Assembly (NCBI GenBank): GCA_052033375.1
Contig: JBPOJQ010000008.1
Span: 1,185-65,184, forward strand
Length of the DNA stretch: 64,000 nucleotides
Source of the DNA: Candidatus Magasanikiibacteriota bacterium
Lineage (GTDB): Bacteria > Patescibacteriota > Patescibacteriia > Magasanikbacterales > UBA922
Reading direction: 5' to 3'
Part shown: positions 8,880 to 17,810 of the stretch, one piece after another
How positions within the stretch are numbered: the stretch's first letter is position 1
How the letters are laid out: the number at the start of each line of letters is the position of its first letter
Notes under the pieces: model-generated
Told to the model about the DNA's origin: nothing
Seen by the model: only the letters and a program-made list of their open reading frames with translations
Database searches by the model: none
Made by a program: the position numbers and the translations under genes

Positions 8880-10268
8880 ATGAACATGGGTAAATACTTT
8901 TTCTCCTCCAATCCAGATAAAGAGACCTTACATAGTCGAATTATCCCAACTGAGGAACAAAAAGAAAGTCAAATAGAACGATGGAACGATTTGCGTGATT
9001 ATTTAGTGGAAAAACTTGGTGAGGCATCAGGGTACAAAATAACCTGGTGGCTTCAAGGTTCCTATAAGCTTGCAACACAGACCCGACCACCTAAAATTGG
9101 AGAAGAATTCGATGTCGACGTCGGTATTTATTTTAATTGGGATGGTGATGAGGACAACAGTCGGTTCACGGCTTTAGATCTAAAAACAATGGTCCAAAAA
9201 AATCTTTTAGACTATAAAGAAAAAGAAGGTGTTGATGATGTTAAAGAGGTGACAATTCCACCAAAAGAACGCTGCTGTCGAATTAGCTTTGAAGGAAACT
9301 TTCATATTGATGTGCCAGTCTATCATCAAGATGAAAAAAACGACACACGAAGATTAGCAACGAATAGCGATATCTGGGAAAAAAGTGATCCAAAAGAATT
9401 TTCTGATTGGTTCGTAAATCTATTACAGGACGAGGATAAGGCAAGTCAGCTACGACGCAGTATAAAGTATTTGAAAATATGGAGTGCTTTACATTTGAAG
9501 AAACAACCATCTTCCATATTATTGACAGTATTAGCTGCCAATGTGTATGTCAGGCAAAGTATCATTACTCAGGATGATGTTTGTCTAAAAATTATAGTTG
9601 ACGGAATAGTGGAAGATCTCTCTGTCAATCAAGCAGTCCTCAACCCTGTTAATCCAGAGGAGGATTTGAATAGACTCACAGAAAGTGAAACTACCGAACT
9701 AATCAATAACTTGAACACACTATCCCAACAAATTGATATTGCACTAAAAGCAGAAAGAGAAATAGATGCTTATTCGATTTGGTCAGAAATTTTCTGTCAC
9801 TTTTTTCCACCGATTGAAGATGTGAGCAATGATTCAAAAAATAATTCAATCATTCCTGTTACTTTTATCCCAAGAGTTTCTGTTAATGCCTACGACAAAT
9901 TCGGAAACAATAGAAGTTCGGGTATTAATCGTGTTGGTCCTATTCCTAAAGAGTGTACAATTTATTTTGAATTGACCAATGCACGCCTACTGCAGAGTGT
10001 ATACTATACCCAATGGGTAGTAAGAAACGCTGGCACTGAAGCAGATTACACAAACGATTTGGGTCATTTTGCAGGTAGTGATTCATTGAGAGCTAAGGAA
10101 AAATCTGCTTACAATGGGACGCATCATATGGATTTAATAATTAAATCACCTATTGGTCTCGTTCTGGGCTATGGGCATATACCAGTAATAATAGAGGATA
10201 TTCCTACCGTACCAAGAAATCCATTAAAAAAACCACCATATACTCAAATTAATAAAAAACATAAATAA
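8880..10268 (+). CDS. cGAS/DncV-like nucleotidyltransferase (CD-NTase/SMODS-like) candidate with C-terminal extension
   Basis: Pol-beta NTase signature in CD-NTase order: WWLQGSYKLATQT (GS), EEFDVDVGIYF ([DE]hDh), FHIDVPVY (third Asp); helical region follows, plus an unassigned ~160-aa C-terminal region. Confidence 0.55.
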   Translation: MNMGKYFFSSNPDKETLHSRIIPTEEQKESQIERWNDLRDYLVEKLGEASGYKITWWLQGSYKLATQTRPPKIGEEFDVDVGIYFNWDGDEDNSRFTALDLKTMVQKNLLDYKEKEGVDDVKEVTIPPKERCCRISFEGNFHIDVPVYHQDEKNDTRRLATNSDIWEKSDPKEFSDWFVNLLQDEDKASQLRRSIKYLKIWSALHLKKQPSSILLTVLAANVYVRQSIITQDDVCLKIIVDGIVEDLSVNQAVLNPVNPEEDLNRLTESETTELINNLNTLSQQIDIALKAEREIDAYSIWSEIFCHFFPPIEDVSNDSKNNSIIPVTFIPRVSVNAYDKFGNNRSSGINRVGPIPKECTIYFELTNARLLQSVYYTQWVVRNAGTEADYTNDLGHFAGSDSLRAKEKSAYNGTHHMDLIIKSPIGLVLGYGHIPVIIEDIPTVPRNPLKKPPYTQINKKHK

Positions 10269-10277
10269 TATAAACAT

Positions 10278-10859
10278 ATGCAGATTAGTCCAGAAAAAAA
10301 GGAAGATATATTGTTGGTCGCACTACAAGAGCGTTACGCATCAATACACAAAATTAGAGAACGTGTACAGTCAGTCGGGATTTGGGCATTAGGATTGATG
10401 TTAGCTGCCGGCGGTTGGATCATCCAGAGCGGTATAGTTTTAGAGGGCTTAGAAAAAATTCTGATTGTACTATTTTTAATTACAATATTTGTCATATTGC
10501 GTTTTACGTACTTGAAAGATCTGAATACCGGATTTAAAGGTCAGCAAAGAACTGCATCGGCGCTAGAAACAGAATTAGGATTTTACACCCCAGGTGTTTT
10601 TAACGAGACGAGTGTTCCTTTGTATCCTGAGAAATGGCAGAAAGCAGGAACAGAAGAAGGCGAAGGTAGATTTTTCAAAACATCGTACTACCTAATTTAT
10701 GTAGGTATTATTTTCCTCATATTGGTTGTTTTACTGAACGGTTTGAGTATAACCAGCAATTATGATCAAAATTCAATGACATACCGAACGTGTATGGAAG
10801 ACAGGAATGTTTTTATTCATAAGTTTCAGGATGATAAAATATGGTTTCACAGAAGATAA
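10278..10859 (+). CDS. Small 3-TM membrane protein (candidate effector of the nucleotidyltransferase operon)
   Basis: 10 nt after the upstream stop; predicted TM helices at GIWALGLMLAAGGWIIQ, ILIVLFLITIFVIL and YYLIYVGIIFLILVVLL. Confidence 0.45.
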   Translation: MQISPEKKEDILLVALQERYASIHKIRERVQSVGIWALGLMLAAGGWIIQSGIVLEGLEKILIVLFLITIFVILRFTYLKDLNTGFKGQQRTASALETELGFYTPGVFNETSVPLYPEKWQKAGTEEGEGRFFKTSYYLIYVGIIFLILVVLLNGLSITSNYDQNSMTYRTCMEDRNVFIHKFQDDKIWFHRR

Positions 10860-11275
10860 AACAAGAAATAGAAACAAGATTCCAACTTGCATTAACCATA
10901 TCAATTTTGTTTCCAACCTTTTTAGCAACAGCATCTCAAAGAGTAAAAACTGAGGATGTGCAAATAGCACAAACTGTTTTAACGTGGTCTATTTTAATTG
11001 GTGGATTTTTATTGGATTATGTATTTTTTTCTCTGATTAAAAATAAAATTAAGAATTGGACATATGTATGGGTAAATAGGATGCTCATTTTTGGTATAAG
11101 TCTATTTATTTTTCCTATTCTTTTTCTTTCCACCGTCAACCTAGAGGGACCGGATCCTGGCTTGATTAATACAGTCGGACTTCAAGGCTCTCTATATGCG
11201 TTATTAGTTGTTCCTCTTATTATTTTGGTAATACTACTAATAAGCTTTTTAAGTTTTGCAGCGGGTAAAAAGTAA
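10841..11275 (+). CDS. Small 4-TM membrane protein (second candidate effector)
   Basis: Overlaps the upstream gene by 19 nt (operonic); four hydrophobic helices; no soluble domain. Confidence 0.45.
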   Translation: MVSQKIKQEIETRFQLALTISILFPTFLATASQRVKTEDVQIAQTVLTWSILIGGFLLDYVFFSLIKNKIKNWTYVWVNRMLIFGISLFIFPILFLSTVNLEGPDPGLINTVGLQGSLYALLVVPLIILVILLISFLSFAAGKK

Positions 11276-11986
11276 TTACGTCGACAAACTAATCTCTTTA
11301 TTTTGTAATAGTAATTTACTGTTTAGATGTTTGAGTACTTCTCGTTTCTGATCTTTCGTTCCATCTCTCAAAATATATTTAGCATAATTTCGCATATCTC
11401 CGGTCGTGAGTGTATTAAAAACTTCGCCCCCTGTTCCAAATACTCCTAGAGCAAATTTCTTTAGTTTAAGAACCTCTTGTTCCATTTTTTCCTGCAGGAC
11501 AAATTGATCGAGCTCTATTTTATCCATCAAATGCAATATCTGCCTCAATAGCTCCTCTTCACGTATTGCACCCTCCTTACAGTCCCGATTCTTGCCTTTG
11601 GTGCAGTGATAATACACGTACCGATGCGTATTCCCATTCTGCTGGTGCTTGAACTTTTCTTCAGCACATATTCCTGATCCACATCCTCCGCAATATAGTA
11701 GATTGGTAAACTCATACTCAGTATTCCCTGGATGTCGTCGTGCTGGAGCTAACAAATTAGCTTGAGCTAAATCAAAGAGATGTTTCGTAATAATCGGATA
11801 ATGGCTTCCGGTATAGAACTTCTTACTGCCGACTGGAAATTCAAACATCCCGTGATAGATGGTTTCTTTCAGCACTCGGTGTATGTGTGCTATACTCGTT
11901 TCATCTATGTGTTTTTCAGCCACAGCCAGCTTCACCGCGAGTGCACTTCTCGCGACGACCGGAGTTGCGTCAATTATGCAGACCAA
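11276..11986 (-). pseudogene. C-terminal remnant of a large serine recombinase
   Basis: Recombinase-domain and Cys-rich zinc-ribbon region (NLLYCGGCGSGI...HRYVYYHCTKGKNRDCKEG) plus coiled-coil tail; catalytic N-terminal resolvase domain absent. Confidence 0.55.
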
Positions 11987-12554
11987 ACATACACGAATGC
12001 TACCGTTTGCGAGTATTCCGTTGATTTTTGCAATTCAACAAGCAATCGAAGGTGGCCTCTGGATGACTCTGCGTGGTTCGGGGGAAGAGACAATGCTTCT
12101 GACTGGAATGTTTTTATTTTTTGCGTTGTGGTGGTGGCCAGCATTCACTCCATTTGCACTCTATCAGATAGAGCCTCCCGGCTGGCGACGGACAATATTA
12201 GCACTCAGTGCAGGGCTCGGATTGGCGCTTGGATTATTTTTATTTGCACGGTTTCTCATAAATCCGAATCCAGCGACTATTGTGAATCAATGTATATATT
12301 ATGAATACACTGCGCCGTATAGTACCGCAGTCATTGTGATGTATATTGCAACAACCGTCGGTGTGGGAGTAATGTCGAGTAGATACATGATCAAGACGCT
12401 TTTTGCAGTGATTGGTCTGTGCGCTTTTGTGTCATCGGTGGTATATTTTGAAAATTTTACGTCGGTCTGGTGTTTCTTTGCCGCCGTTGTCAGTGCGTGG
12501 ATTTATTTTATTGTACGAGGGACAAAGAAACGTGAGGTACATCGGAAACACTAA
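11976..12554 (+). CDS. Multi-TM membrane protein, hypothetical
   Basis: About 6 hydrophobic helices; ORF opens at 11859 but ATG 11976 avoids most overlap with the recombinase remnant; moderately GC-enriched. Confidence 0.35.
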   Translation: MQTKHTRMLPFASIPLIFAIQQAIEGGLWMTLRGSGEETMLLTGMFLFFALWWWPAFTPFALYQIEPPGWRRTILALSAGLGLALGLFLFARFLINPNPATIVNQCIYYEYTAPYSTAVIVMYIATTVGVGVMSSRYMIKTLFAVIGLCAFVSSVVYFENFTSVWCFFAAVVSAWIYFIVRGTKKREVHRKH

Positions 12555-12610
12555 TTTGTGCGGTGGTACAGATACGCTGTGAACGGCGTTTTTTTTGTAT
12601 ACAGTAAGAA

Positions 12611-12639
12611 TTGACAAAAATACTATACCATGATAATTA
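12611..12639 (+). promoter_or_regulatory. Putative sigma70-like promoter upstream of GC-rich gene
   Basis: TTGACA (12611-12616) with TGATAATT -10-like element 15-17 nt downstream. Confidence 0.3.
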
Positions 12640-12722
12640 TTTCTATTGGTTTACCATGGGTTATCTGACAACAACGTCAAGCGAATGAACTCACAACAAC
12701 ACACTGAGGGGAGAGTGCACAC

Positions 12723-13400
12723 GTGATTCTCAGATATGCAGAGTATGTCGCACTCCATCAGGAAGCATGCGAAAGGCTTCACATAGAAGCTGGGCGTATG
12801 CTCATGCATGGAGTGACAGGGGATCCTATACTGAACACAGGGAGGATTGTATCGGGGTACATGACTGCACTGGTTCCGAGCAGGGAGATGGCGAATCACT
12901 CCGCGCAGTTGGCAGAGAGGATCGGGGACATGGTGCCCTCCTTCCTGCCGTACCGCGCAGAACAGCTGTGTCTGCCGTTCATGGTGACCAGTGACTGGGT
13001 GAACCCCAGCCTGATCGCTGAATGCGTCGGTGGGGTGTTCGGGAATCTCCATGCGACGAAAGACATGGTGCAACTGCTGTGGACGGGGGCGTTCTGTGGG
13101 AGTCAGCGAGTCTTCGCGACTGTCCTGCCGAATCGAGAACTCTTCTCGATCATGCGAGATGTGGCGCTCTGTGCGCTGTGTCGAGGTATGATGTCCGGAA
13201 ACCCATTCACGGAGATGCATCTCACCCTCGGTCACTTCCGGGAGGCCCTGCCTCGGGAAGAAATCGAAGGTGTTCTCAAGCTCACGGGGAACTTCCATAT
13301 CCAGCAGTCGTTGCAGCCCGCGGCAATCGCGGTCTCTCGGTTTGCAATCGGACGAGAAGATGTCGAAGTCGAGATCGTGGAGCGATTCACGTTCGGCTAG
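12723..13400 (+). CDS. Hypothetical protein in high-GC islet (A)
   Basis: GTG start preceded by GAGGGGAGAG SD; coding region visibly GC-rich versus flanks; plus-frame composition balanced while overlapping minus ORF is His/Arg-rich. Confidence 0.4.
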   Translation: MILRYAEYVALHQEACERLHIEAGRMLMHGVTGDPILNTGRIVSGYMTALVPSREMANHSAQLAERIGDMVPSFLPYRAEQLCLPFMVTSDWVNPSLIAECVGGVFGNLHATKDMVQLLWTGAFCGSQRVFATVLPNRELFSIMRDVALCALCRGMMSGNPFTEMHLTLGHFREALPREEIEGVLKLTGNFHIQQSLQPAAIAVSRFAIGREDVEVEIVERFTFG

Positions 13401-13465
13401 ACCATCTACTCATTCCTGCACAAGCTCGGATGGACGCAGGTCCTGTCACGGCGAGTGTGGGTAGT

Positions 13466-13548
13466 TCTACAAAACCACCCACATATCGCTTGTACTGAGT
13501 ATGCCTCTATAATGAGGATAATCAGTAGAAGTGGTGGGTGGTTTTGTA
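13466..13548. repeat. 15-bp perfect inverted repeat flanking a ~50-nt spacer at the islet boundary
   Basis: TACAAAACCACCCAC at 13468-13482 and GTGGGTGGTTTTGTA at 13534-13548. Confidence 0.6.
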
Positions 13549-13592
13549 TACTGGGTTGTATTTTTCAAGGTAAATGCGTTACAATACGTTTT

Positions 13593-14786
13593 ATGAAAAA
13601 AAAGCTGTTTATTATTCTCATAGTAGTAGTTCTCGGAGTGGCGGGGTGGTATCTATTCCGCACGATATTGTGGTATCGTTCGGGAGATACGGCTCGGGCA
13701 GAAGCACAAGCGCGTGAAGAAGCGATTGATCGGGTATTGGATGCCCGTCGGGTGCGAGTAGAAGAGGGTGTGGCAGCTGATCCATTTGGCAAAGACGGGA
13801 TAGTGCGGGTATTGTTGATTGGGCTGGATAAGCGGGTGGGTCAGACTGCAGGACATTGCGATGTGATTCAGATGATTACGATAGATTCGATACAGAATAA
13901 AATAAATATTACTGCCGTACCACGAGGTACATATTCACCACTTCCGCCAGGGACAGGAGTCACTTCTTCTGATTATTATGTATCAAATGCATGCGGACTC
14001 GCGGGTATTGAATATGGTATTGCACAGATTGAAAAAATTGTAGGAATGAAAGCTGATTATCTCGTAATCGTTGGATTTTCTGAAACACTCGGAGTTCTTC
14101 GGAGTTTGCGTCTGCCTACTACCGAGACACTCCAATGGCTCCGACAGAGACATGTCTATGCAATTGGTGAACCACAGCGCGCCCACAATCATTCTACTTT
14201 TTTGAAACAGATGTTGATTGATTATATTCCAGACGAGCCTTCAAAAATTGATAAAGCCCTTCATTATGTCGTATACAAGATTGTAAAAACCGATTTATCA
14301 TTTGATGAGGCGGAGGCAATCGTCACAGCGCTTACCCGTATGAAGATGTCTGAGCATCCAGATGATATTACACTCTCGATGCGTCCTGCACATAGTGTCG
14401 CTGACATTCCCTATATTCCTGCGGAATTGAAAAAATATCTGGATAGTACGCTCGGCAGAATCAAAGGAAGTTTGTCAAAAGATGATTATAGCGGAAATAC
14501 GGATGATGAAATACAGAGCACATTACGCGCAATGATTGAGGAGAAAAAGAATGATACTCAATTTATTCTGTGGGGGTTTGAAAATAATCTCTGGCTTCAG
14601 ATTGAAGAAGAGCCTGTGCGATTGGCAGTACAATATCAATTTTTAGTCGGATATCTGAATATAGAGAAAGATAGTGCAAAGAGAAAGACAGCGATTACTG
14701 ATTATATACTTGAGATGGAGCATGGCGGGTATGAAGAGTGGGCGTCCAAAGGCAGGGAAGAATTAGCCCGTGAAATAAAAAAATGA
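13593..14786 (+). CDS. LytR-CpsA-Psr (LCP) family cell-envelope phosphotransferase
   Basis: N-terminal TM anchor; LCP core (VRVLLIGLDKR...GHCDVIQMITID...NITAVPRGTY...GLAGIEYGI); ATG 13593 (MKKKLF) chosen over upstream 13455. Confidence 0.75.
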   Translation: MKKKLFIILIVVVLGVAGWYLFRTILWYRSGDTARAEAQAREEAIDRVLDARRVRVEEGVAADPFGKDGIVRVLLIGLDKRVGQTAGHCDVIQMITIDSIQNKINITAVPRGTYSPLPPGTGVTSSDYYVSNACGLAGIEYGIAQIEKIVGMKADYLVIVGFSETLGVLRSLRLPTTETLQWLRQRHVYAIGEPQRAHNHSTFLKQMLIDYIPDEPSKIDKALHYVVYKIVKTDLSFDEAEAIVTALTRMKMSEHPDDITLSMRPAHSVADIPYIPAELKKYLDSTLGRIKGSLSKDDYSGNTDDEIQSTLRAMIEEKKNDTQFILWGFENNLWLQIEEEPVRLAVQYQFLVGYLNIEKDSAKRKTAITDYILEMEHGGYEEWASKGREELAREIKK

Positions 14787-14790
14787 ACTA

Positions 14791-14819
14791 CCACTGGCAT
14801 AAGCCAGTGGTGTTGTTTT
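14791..14819 (+). terminator. Rho-independent terminator after LCP gene
   Basis: CCACTGGC-ATAA-GCCAGTGG followed by TGTTGTTTT; second A-run/GC-stem/T-run element near 14920-14950 serves convergent greA. Confidence 0.6.
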
Positions 14820-14940
14820 AGTGATACAAGTCTTTTCACCCCCCCCCATAGAGTTTTTGTACAATTTCAAGAACGTTGCATAGTGTATATACACCGATGT
14901 GATGTCGGTGATGTGTTTGGTGGGTAAAAAAGCGTGTTGT

Positions 14941-15441
14941 CTAGCGCGCTTTTTTTGTAATCGTATATTCGATTATGTTTTCCCCTATTGTGACACTGAC
15001 AGTGTCTCCAACTTTTTTCCCCAGTAATGCGGTACCGATTGGTGAGTGATGTGAAATGATTCCTCGATCAGGATTAGTCTCGCTTGAGCCGAGAATGTGA
15101 TAGGTCTTTTCCAATCCATGACTACTGACAGTGACTATGTCTCCGATGGAAATCGTGTCACTTGTAGATTGAGAAGAAATTACTTCAGCGTGTTTAATTT
15201 GGTTTTCGAGAACGAGTATTCGTTGATTTACGGAGCGAAGTTTTGCTTTGGCAAGCTGGTATTCGACGTTTTCTGAAAAGTCGCCCAGTTCGGCAAGTCG
15301 TCCTACTTCTTTTGCGAGTATTGGACGCTGAATATGCAGTCGATCGAGTTTGCGCGTGAGTTCATCGAGTTTTTCTTGGGTAATAAAAGGATCCAGTGGA
15401 GTATGTGCGTATTTTCCTGGTTTTCGATAGGGGAGTTGCAT
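14941..15441 (-). CDS. greA: Transcription elongation factor GreA
   Basis: N-terminal coiled-coil (EKLDELTRKLDRL...ENVEYQLAKAKL) and C-terminal FKBP-like domain (ISHHSPIGTALLGKKVGDTVSV). Confidence 0.85.
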   Translation of the reverse strand: MQLPYRKPGKYAHTPLDPFITQEKLDELTRKLDRLHIQRPILAKEVGRLAELGDFSENVEYQLAKAKLRSVNQRILVLENQIKHAEVISSQSTSDTISIGDIVTVSSHGLEKTYHILGSSETNPDRGIISHHSPIGTALLGKKVGDTVSVTIGENIIEYTITKKAR

Positions 15442-15624
15442 AGAGTAATATCATAACATCTCAGGTGTATTTTACAAGATAGGGGTATGTGATAATGGTG
15501 GGTGGAGTGTCGGCACACTCCACCATGCTACAGAATTTCCACTGGCCGAACACCTGCGCGAACCGACGTCGGGTAGCGTGCTTGTGTACAGAGGAATATG
15601 ACAGATAGAGGAGGAGGTCTGGGG

Positions 15625-16278
15625 TCATTCGTCGTGAGTGTTTGAGTGTCGGATGCATGGCGGGAGATATGCGCTGGCACGGGGAGCAGCATGGAGTTTG
15701 GCACTCAGCACCTTTCGTGCTTTGAGGAGTCTGCCCGCGATGGTTTTGGGAGAAACATCGAGTATGTCTGCGGCCTCTTGGTAGGAAAAACCATACAGAT
15801 CGATCAATGCGAGCGTATTTTTGTGCTTGTCACGCATCGAAGAATTCTGGAGGGCTGTATGCATGATATCTCGAAGTTCCGACAGTTCCGCTTCTTGGTG
15901 TGGGTTGGTTCCATCTGGGTGGGTGTAGTCATTCAGGTCGATTTCGGGCCGGTGTTTCAGACGATGATTCAATAATGAAATTCGTGCGTCGATCGCCACA
16001 TGTTTGGCGATGTGAAAGATCCAGGATGTGAGATTTCGACCATCGAAGCGGGAATGGATGGATTTGAAGACTTTGAAGAAGGTATCCTGTGTCGCTTCTT
16101 CAGCAGTCGGGATGTCGCGAATGATTCCAAGAACGAAGCGGAAAATACCCTTCCAGTAGAGCTGGTAGAGAGCGCGATATACCCGGTTTACCGTGCGCTC
16201 GTCAGGTGCAGACATGAGCGAAGTGTAGATATCCCGCGCACGTGTCGCAGCAGTACTTTTTTTTCTCGGATTGTCCAT
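15625..16278 (-). CDS. ECF-type RNA polymerase sigma-70 family factor
   Basis: Region 2 (FFKVFKSIHSRFDGRNLTSWIFHIAKHVAID) and region 4 HTH (YGFSYQEAADILDVSPKTIAGRLLKARKVL); ATG 16278 (MDNPRKK) preferred. Confidence 0.75.
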   Translation of the reverse strand: MDNPRKKSTAATRARDIYTSLMSAPDERTVNRVYRALYQLYWKGIFRFVLGIIRDIPTAEEATQDTFFKVFKSIHSRFDGRNLTSWIFHIAKHVAIDARISLLNHRLKHRPEIDLNDYTHPDGTNPHQEAELSELRDIMHTALQNSSMRDKHKNTLALIDLYGFSYQEAADILDVSPKTIAGRLLKARKVLSAKLHAAPRASAYLPPCIRHSNTHDE

Positions 16279-16471
16279 TGGCGTACCTCTATATATCTGT
16301 AAAAGAACGTCATACAATGGGATGAACGCCCACGTATGATTATATAAACGTACCAACTGTATGATAGGGGGTCAAGTGCGGTCTAGAGTGGTGCTGTGAA
16401 ATAAAACGAGGTGGTGAGGTGTATACTATATATGAATGGGTGTATACTACCGTTCAATTCTATGCCACTGT

Positions 16472-17026
16472 ATGGATCGTAATCTGCAGGATGAAGAGCT
16501 TGCGTTGGAAGTGCAAAAAGGCAGACATGAGGCGTTTGCTATATTGTACGAAAGATATGAACAAAAGATGCTTCGCTATGGCAGGCGATTTTTGTATACC
16601 TACGAAGATTTGGAAGATGCTGTGCAGGAAGTGTTTATCAAAACATACAAAAATATCAAAAGTTTTAATGTAGAAAAGAAATTTTCTACTTGGCTGTATC
16701 GGGTGGCTCATAATACATTTATCAATGTAATTAAAAAAAATGGAAGAGAGCCTGTATCATTTTTTGATTTCGATACACTTGTCAATATACCCAACAAGAC
16801 AACGGAAACACTCGAAGATGATTTTCTCAAAGCAGAAAACAAGGAATCGATAATTGAAATGATGAAAAAGATGGCTCCCAAATATCGTGAGGCACTTATA
16901 TTATTTTATTTTGAGGAATTGGGATATAAAGAAATCGCAGAAATTTTGAAAATCCCAGTGTCTACCGTGGGCGTGCGAATCACGAGAGCGAGAACTATGC
17001 TCAAAAAAATGATTTCTAATACGTAA
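16472..17026 (+). CDS. ECF-type RNA polymerase sigma-70 family factor
   Basis: Region 2 (VFIKTYKNIKSFNVEKKFSTWLYRVAHNTFIN) and region 4 (LILFYFEELGYKEIAEILKIPVSTVGVRITRARTMLKK); divergent from the 16278 sigma gene. Confidence 0.8.
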   Translation: MDRNLQDEELALEVQKGRHEAFAILYERYEQKMLRYGRRFLYTYEDLEDAVQEVFIKTYKNIKSFNVEKKFSTWLYRVAHNTFINVIKKNGREPVSFFDFDTLVNIPNKTTETLEDDFLKAENKESIIEMMKKMAPKYREALILFYFEELGYKEIAEILKIPVSTVGVRITRARTMLKKMISNT

Positions 17027-17030
17027 TAAT

Positions 17031-17735
17031 ATGCAGGAAGAACCAACTAACATCAATGCGTCGCATCTCCTTGAGTCAATACGAAAGGGGGAATTAAAGA
17101 TGCGCCCCAAGTGGCACTTTGTATTGAAGACTGTCCTCATTCTATTGGGCGCTATCATTCTTTTGTTGTCAATTTTGTACCTAGTTAGTCTTATTATTTT
17201 TGGGTTGCGAGAAACGGGAGTCATCTTTACTCCAGGGTTTGGAATGAAAGGTACCATACTTTTCTTTAGATCATTACCGTGGGTATTGATTATACTCGTC
17301 GGAGTATTTTTGATTATTTTGGAAATTTTGGTACGAAAATATTCTTTTGCGTACAAGACTCCCTTACTGTATTCCGCTTTTGTGATTGTACTCGGTGCGC
17401 TTATGGGCGGATGGATAATTGCGCGCACCCCGCTGCATTGGGTGGTGATACACCGTGCACCTGAATTCAATATACCACTGGTGGGTCCGATGTATCGCGA
17501 CATACGGTATCCGGCGTTCAAAGAAATACATACCGGAAAAATTGTATTCATTACACCTCGCGGTTTTGATATGCAGAATCCTCGGGATGAGATGATTGTG
17601 GTCGTGATGAATCCAGAGACGCGAGTGATGAAACGGATGGAATTACACGTGGGGGATAATGTGATGGTAATTGGTCCGCGTATTGGGAACACAATCGACG
17701 CATTTGCGGTGAGAAATATATCAGGAATGAAATAA
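17031..17735 (+). CDS. Membrane protein, candidate anti-sigma factor
   Basis: 4 nt after sigma-factor stop; 3-4 TM helices; assignment by position only. Confidence 0.35.
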   Translation: MQEEPTNINASHLLESIRKGELKMRPKWHFVLKTVLILLGAIILLLSILYLVSLIIFGLRETGVIFTPGFGMKGTILFFRSLPWVLIILVGVFLIILEILVRKYSFAYKTPLLYSAFVIVLGALMGGWIIARTPLHWVVIHRAPEFNIPLVGPMYRDIRYPAFKEIHTGKIVFITPRGFDMQNPRDEMIVVVMNPETRVMKRMELHVGDNVMVIGPRIGNTIDAFAVRNISGMK

Positions 17736-17810
17736 AGAGATACGTGGAGGTGTAGTAGTAGATGTGACCCGGGAAACACACAAGTCTATTCTTAATACAA
17801 CAGTATATCT

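Noticed and set aside
12651-13498. Additional long ORFs on other frames or strands inside high-GC islet A (12651-13298 -, 12767-12994 +, 13022-13498 +, 13270-13464 +)
   Set aside because: High-GC DNA lacks AT-rich stop codons, so overlapping frames stay open. These translations are His/Arg/Ser/Pro-rich and low-complexity. Only the 12723-13400 plus frame has a proper SD and balanced composition.
13466-13548. Integron attC-like sites at the 3' hairpins of the GC-rich islets
   Set aside because: No RYYYAAC/GTTRRRY core sites could be identified at the stem ends. No intI-like gene is present. The islets are dispersed, not arrayed.
16901-17779. 292-aa minus-strand ORF overlapping the sigma and anti-sigma-like genes; similar antisense ORFs inside prsA (1517-1933), the antiporter (53486-54778), tkt (30803-31641) and atpF (57005-57648)
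   Set aside because: Antisense to well-supported genes with conserved motifs. Their translations are low-complexity Ser/Thr/Ile-rich. They are typical shadow ORFs of AT-rich coding DNA.
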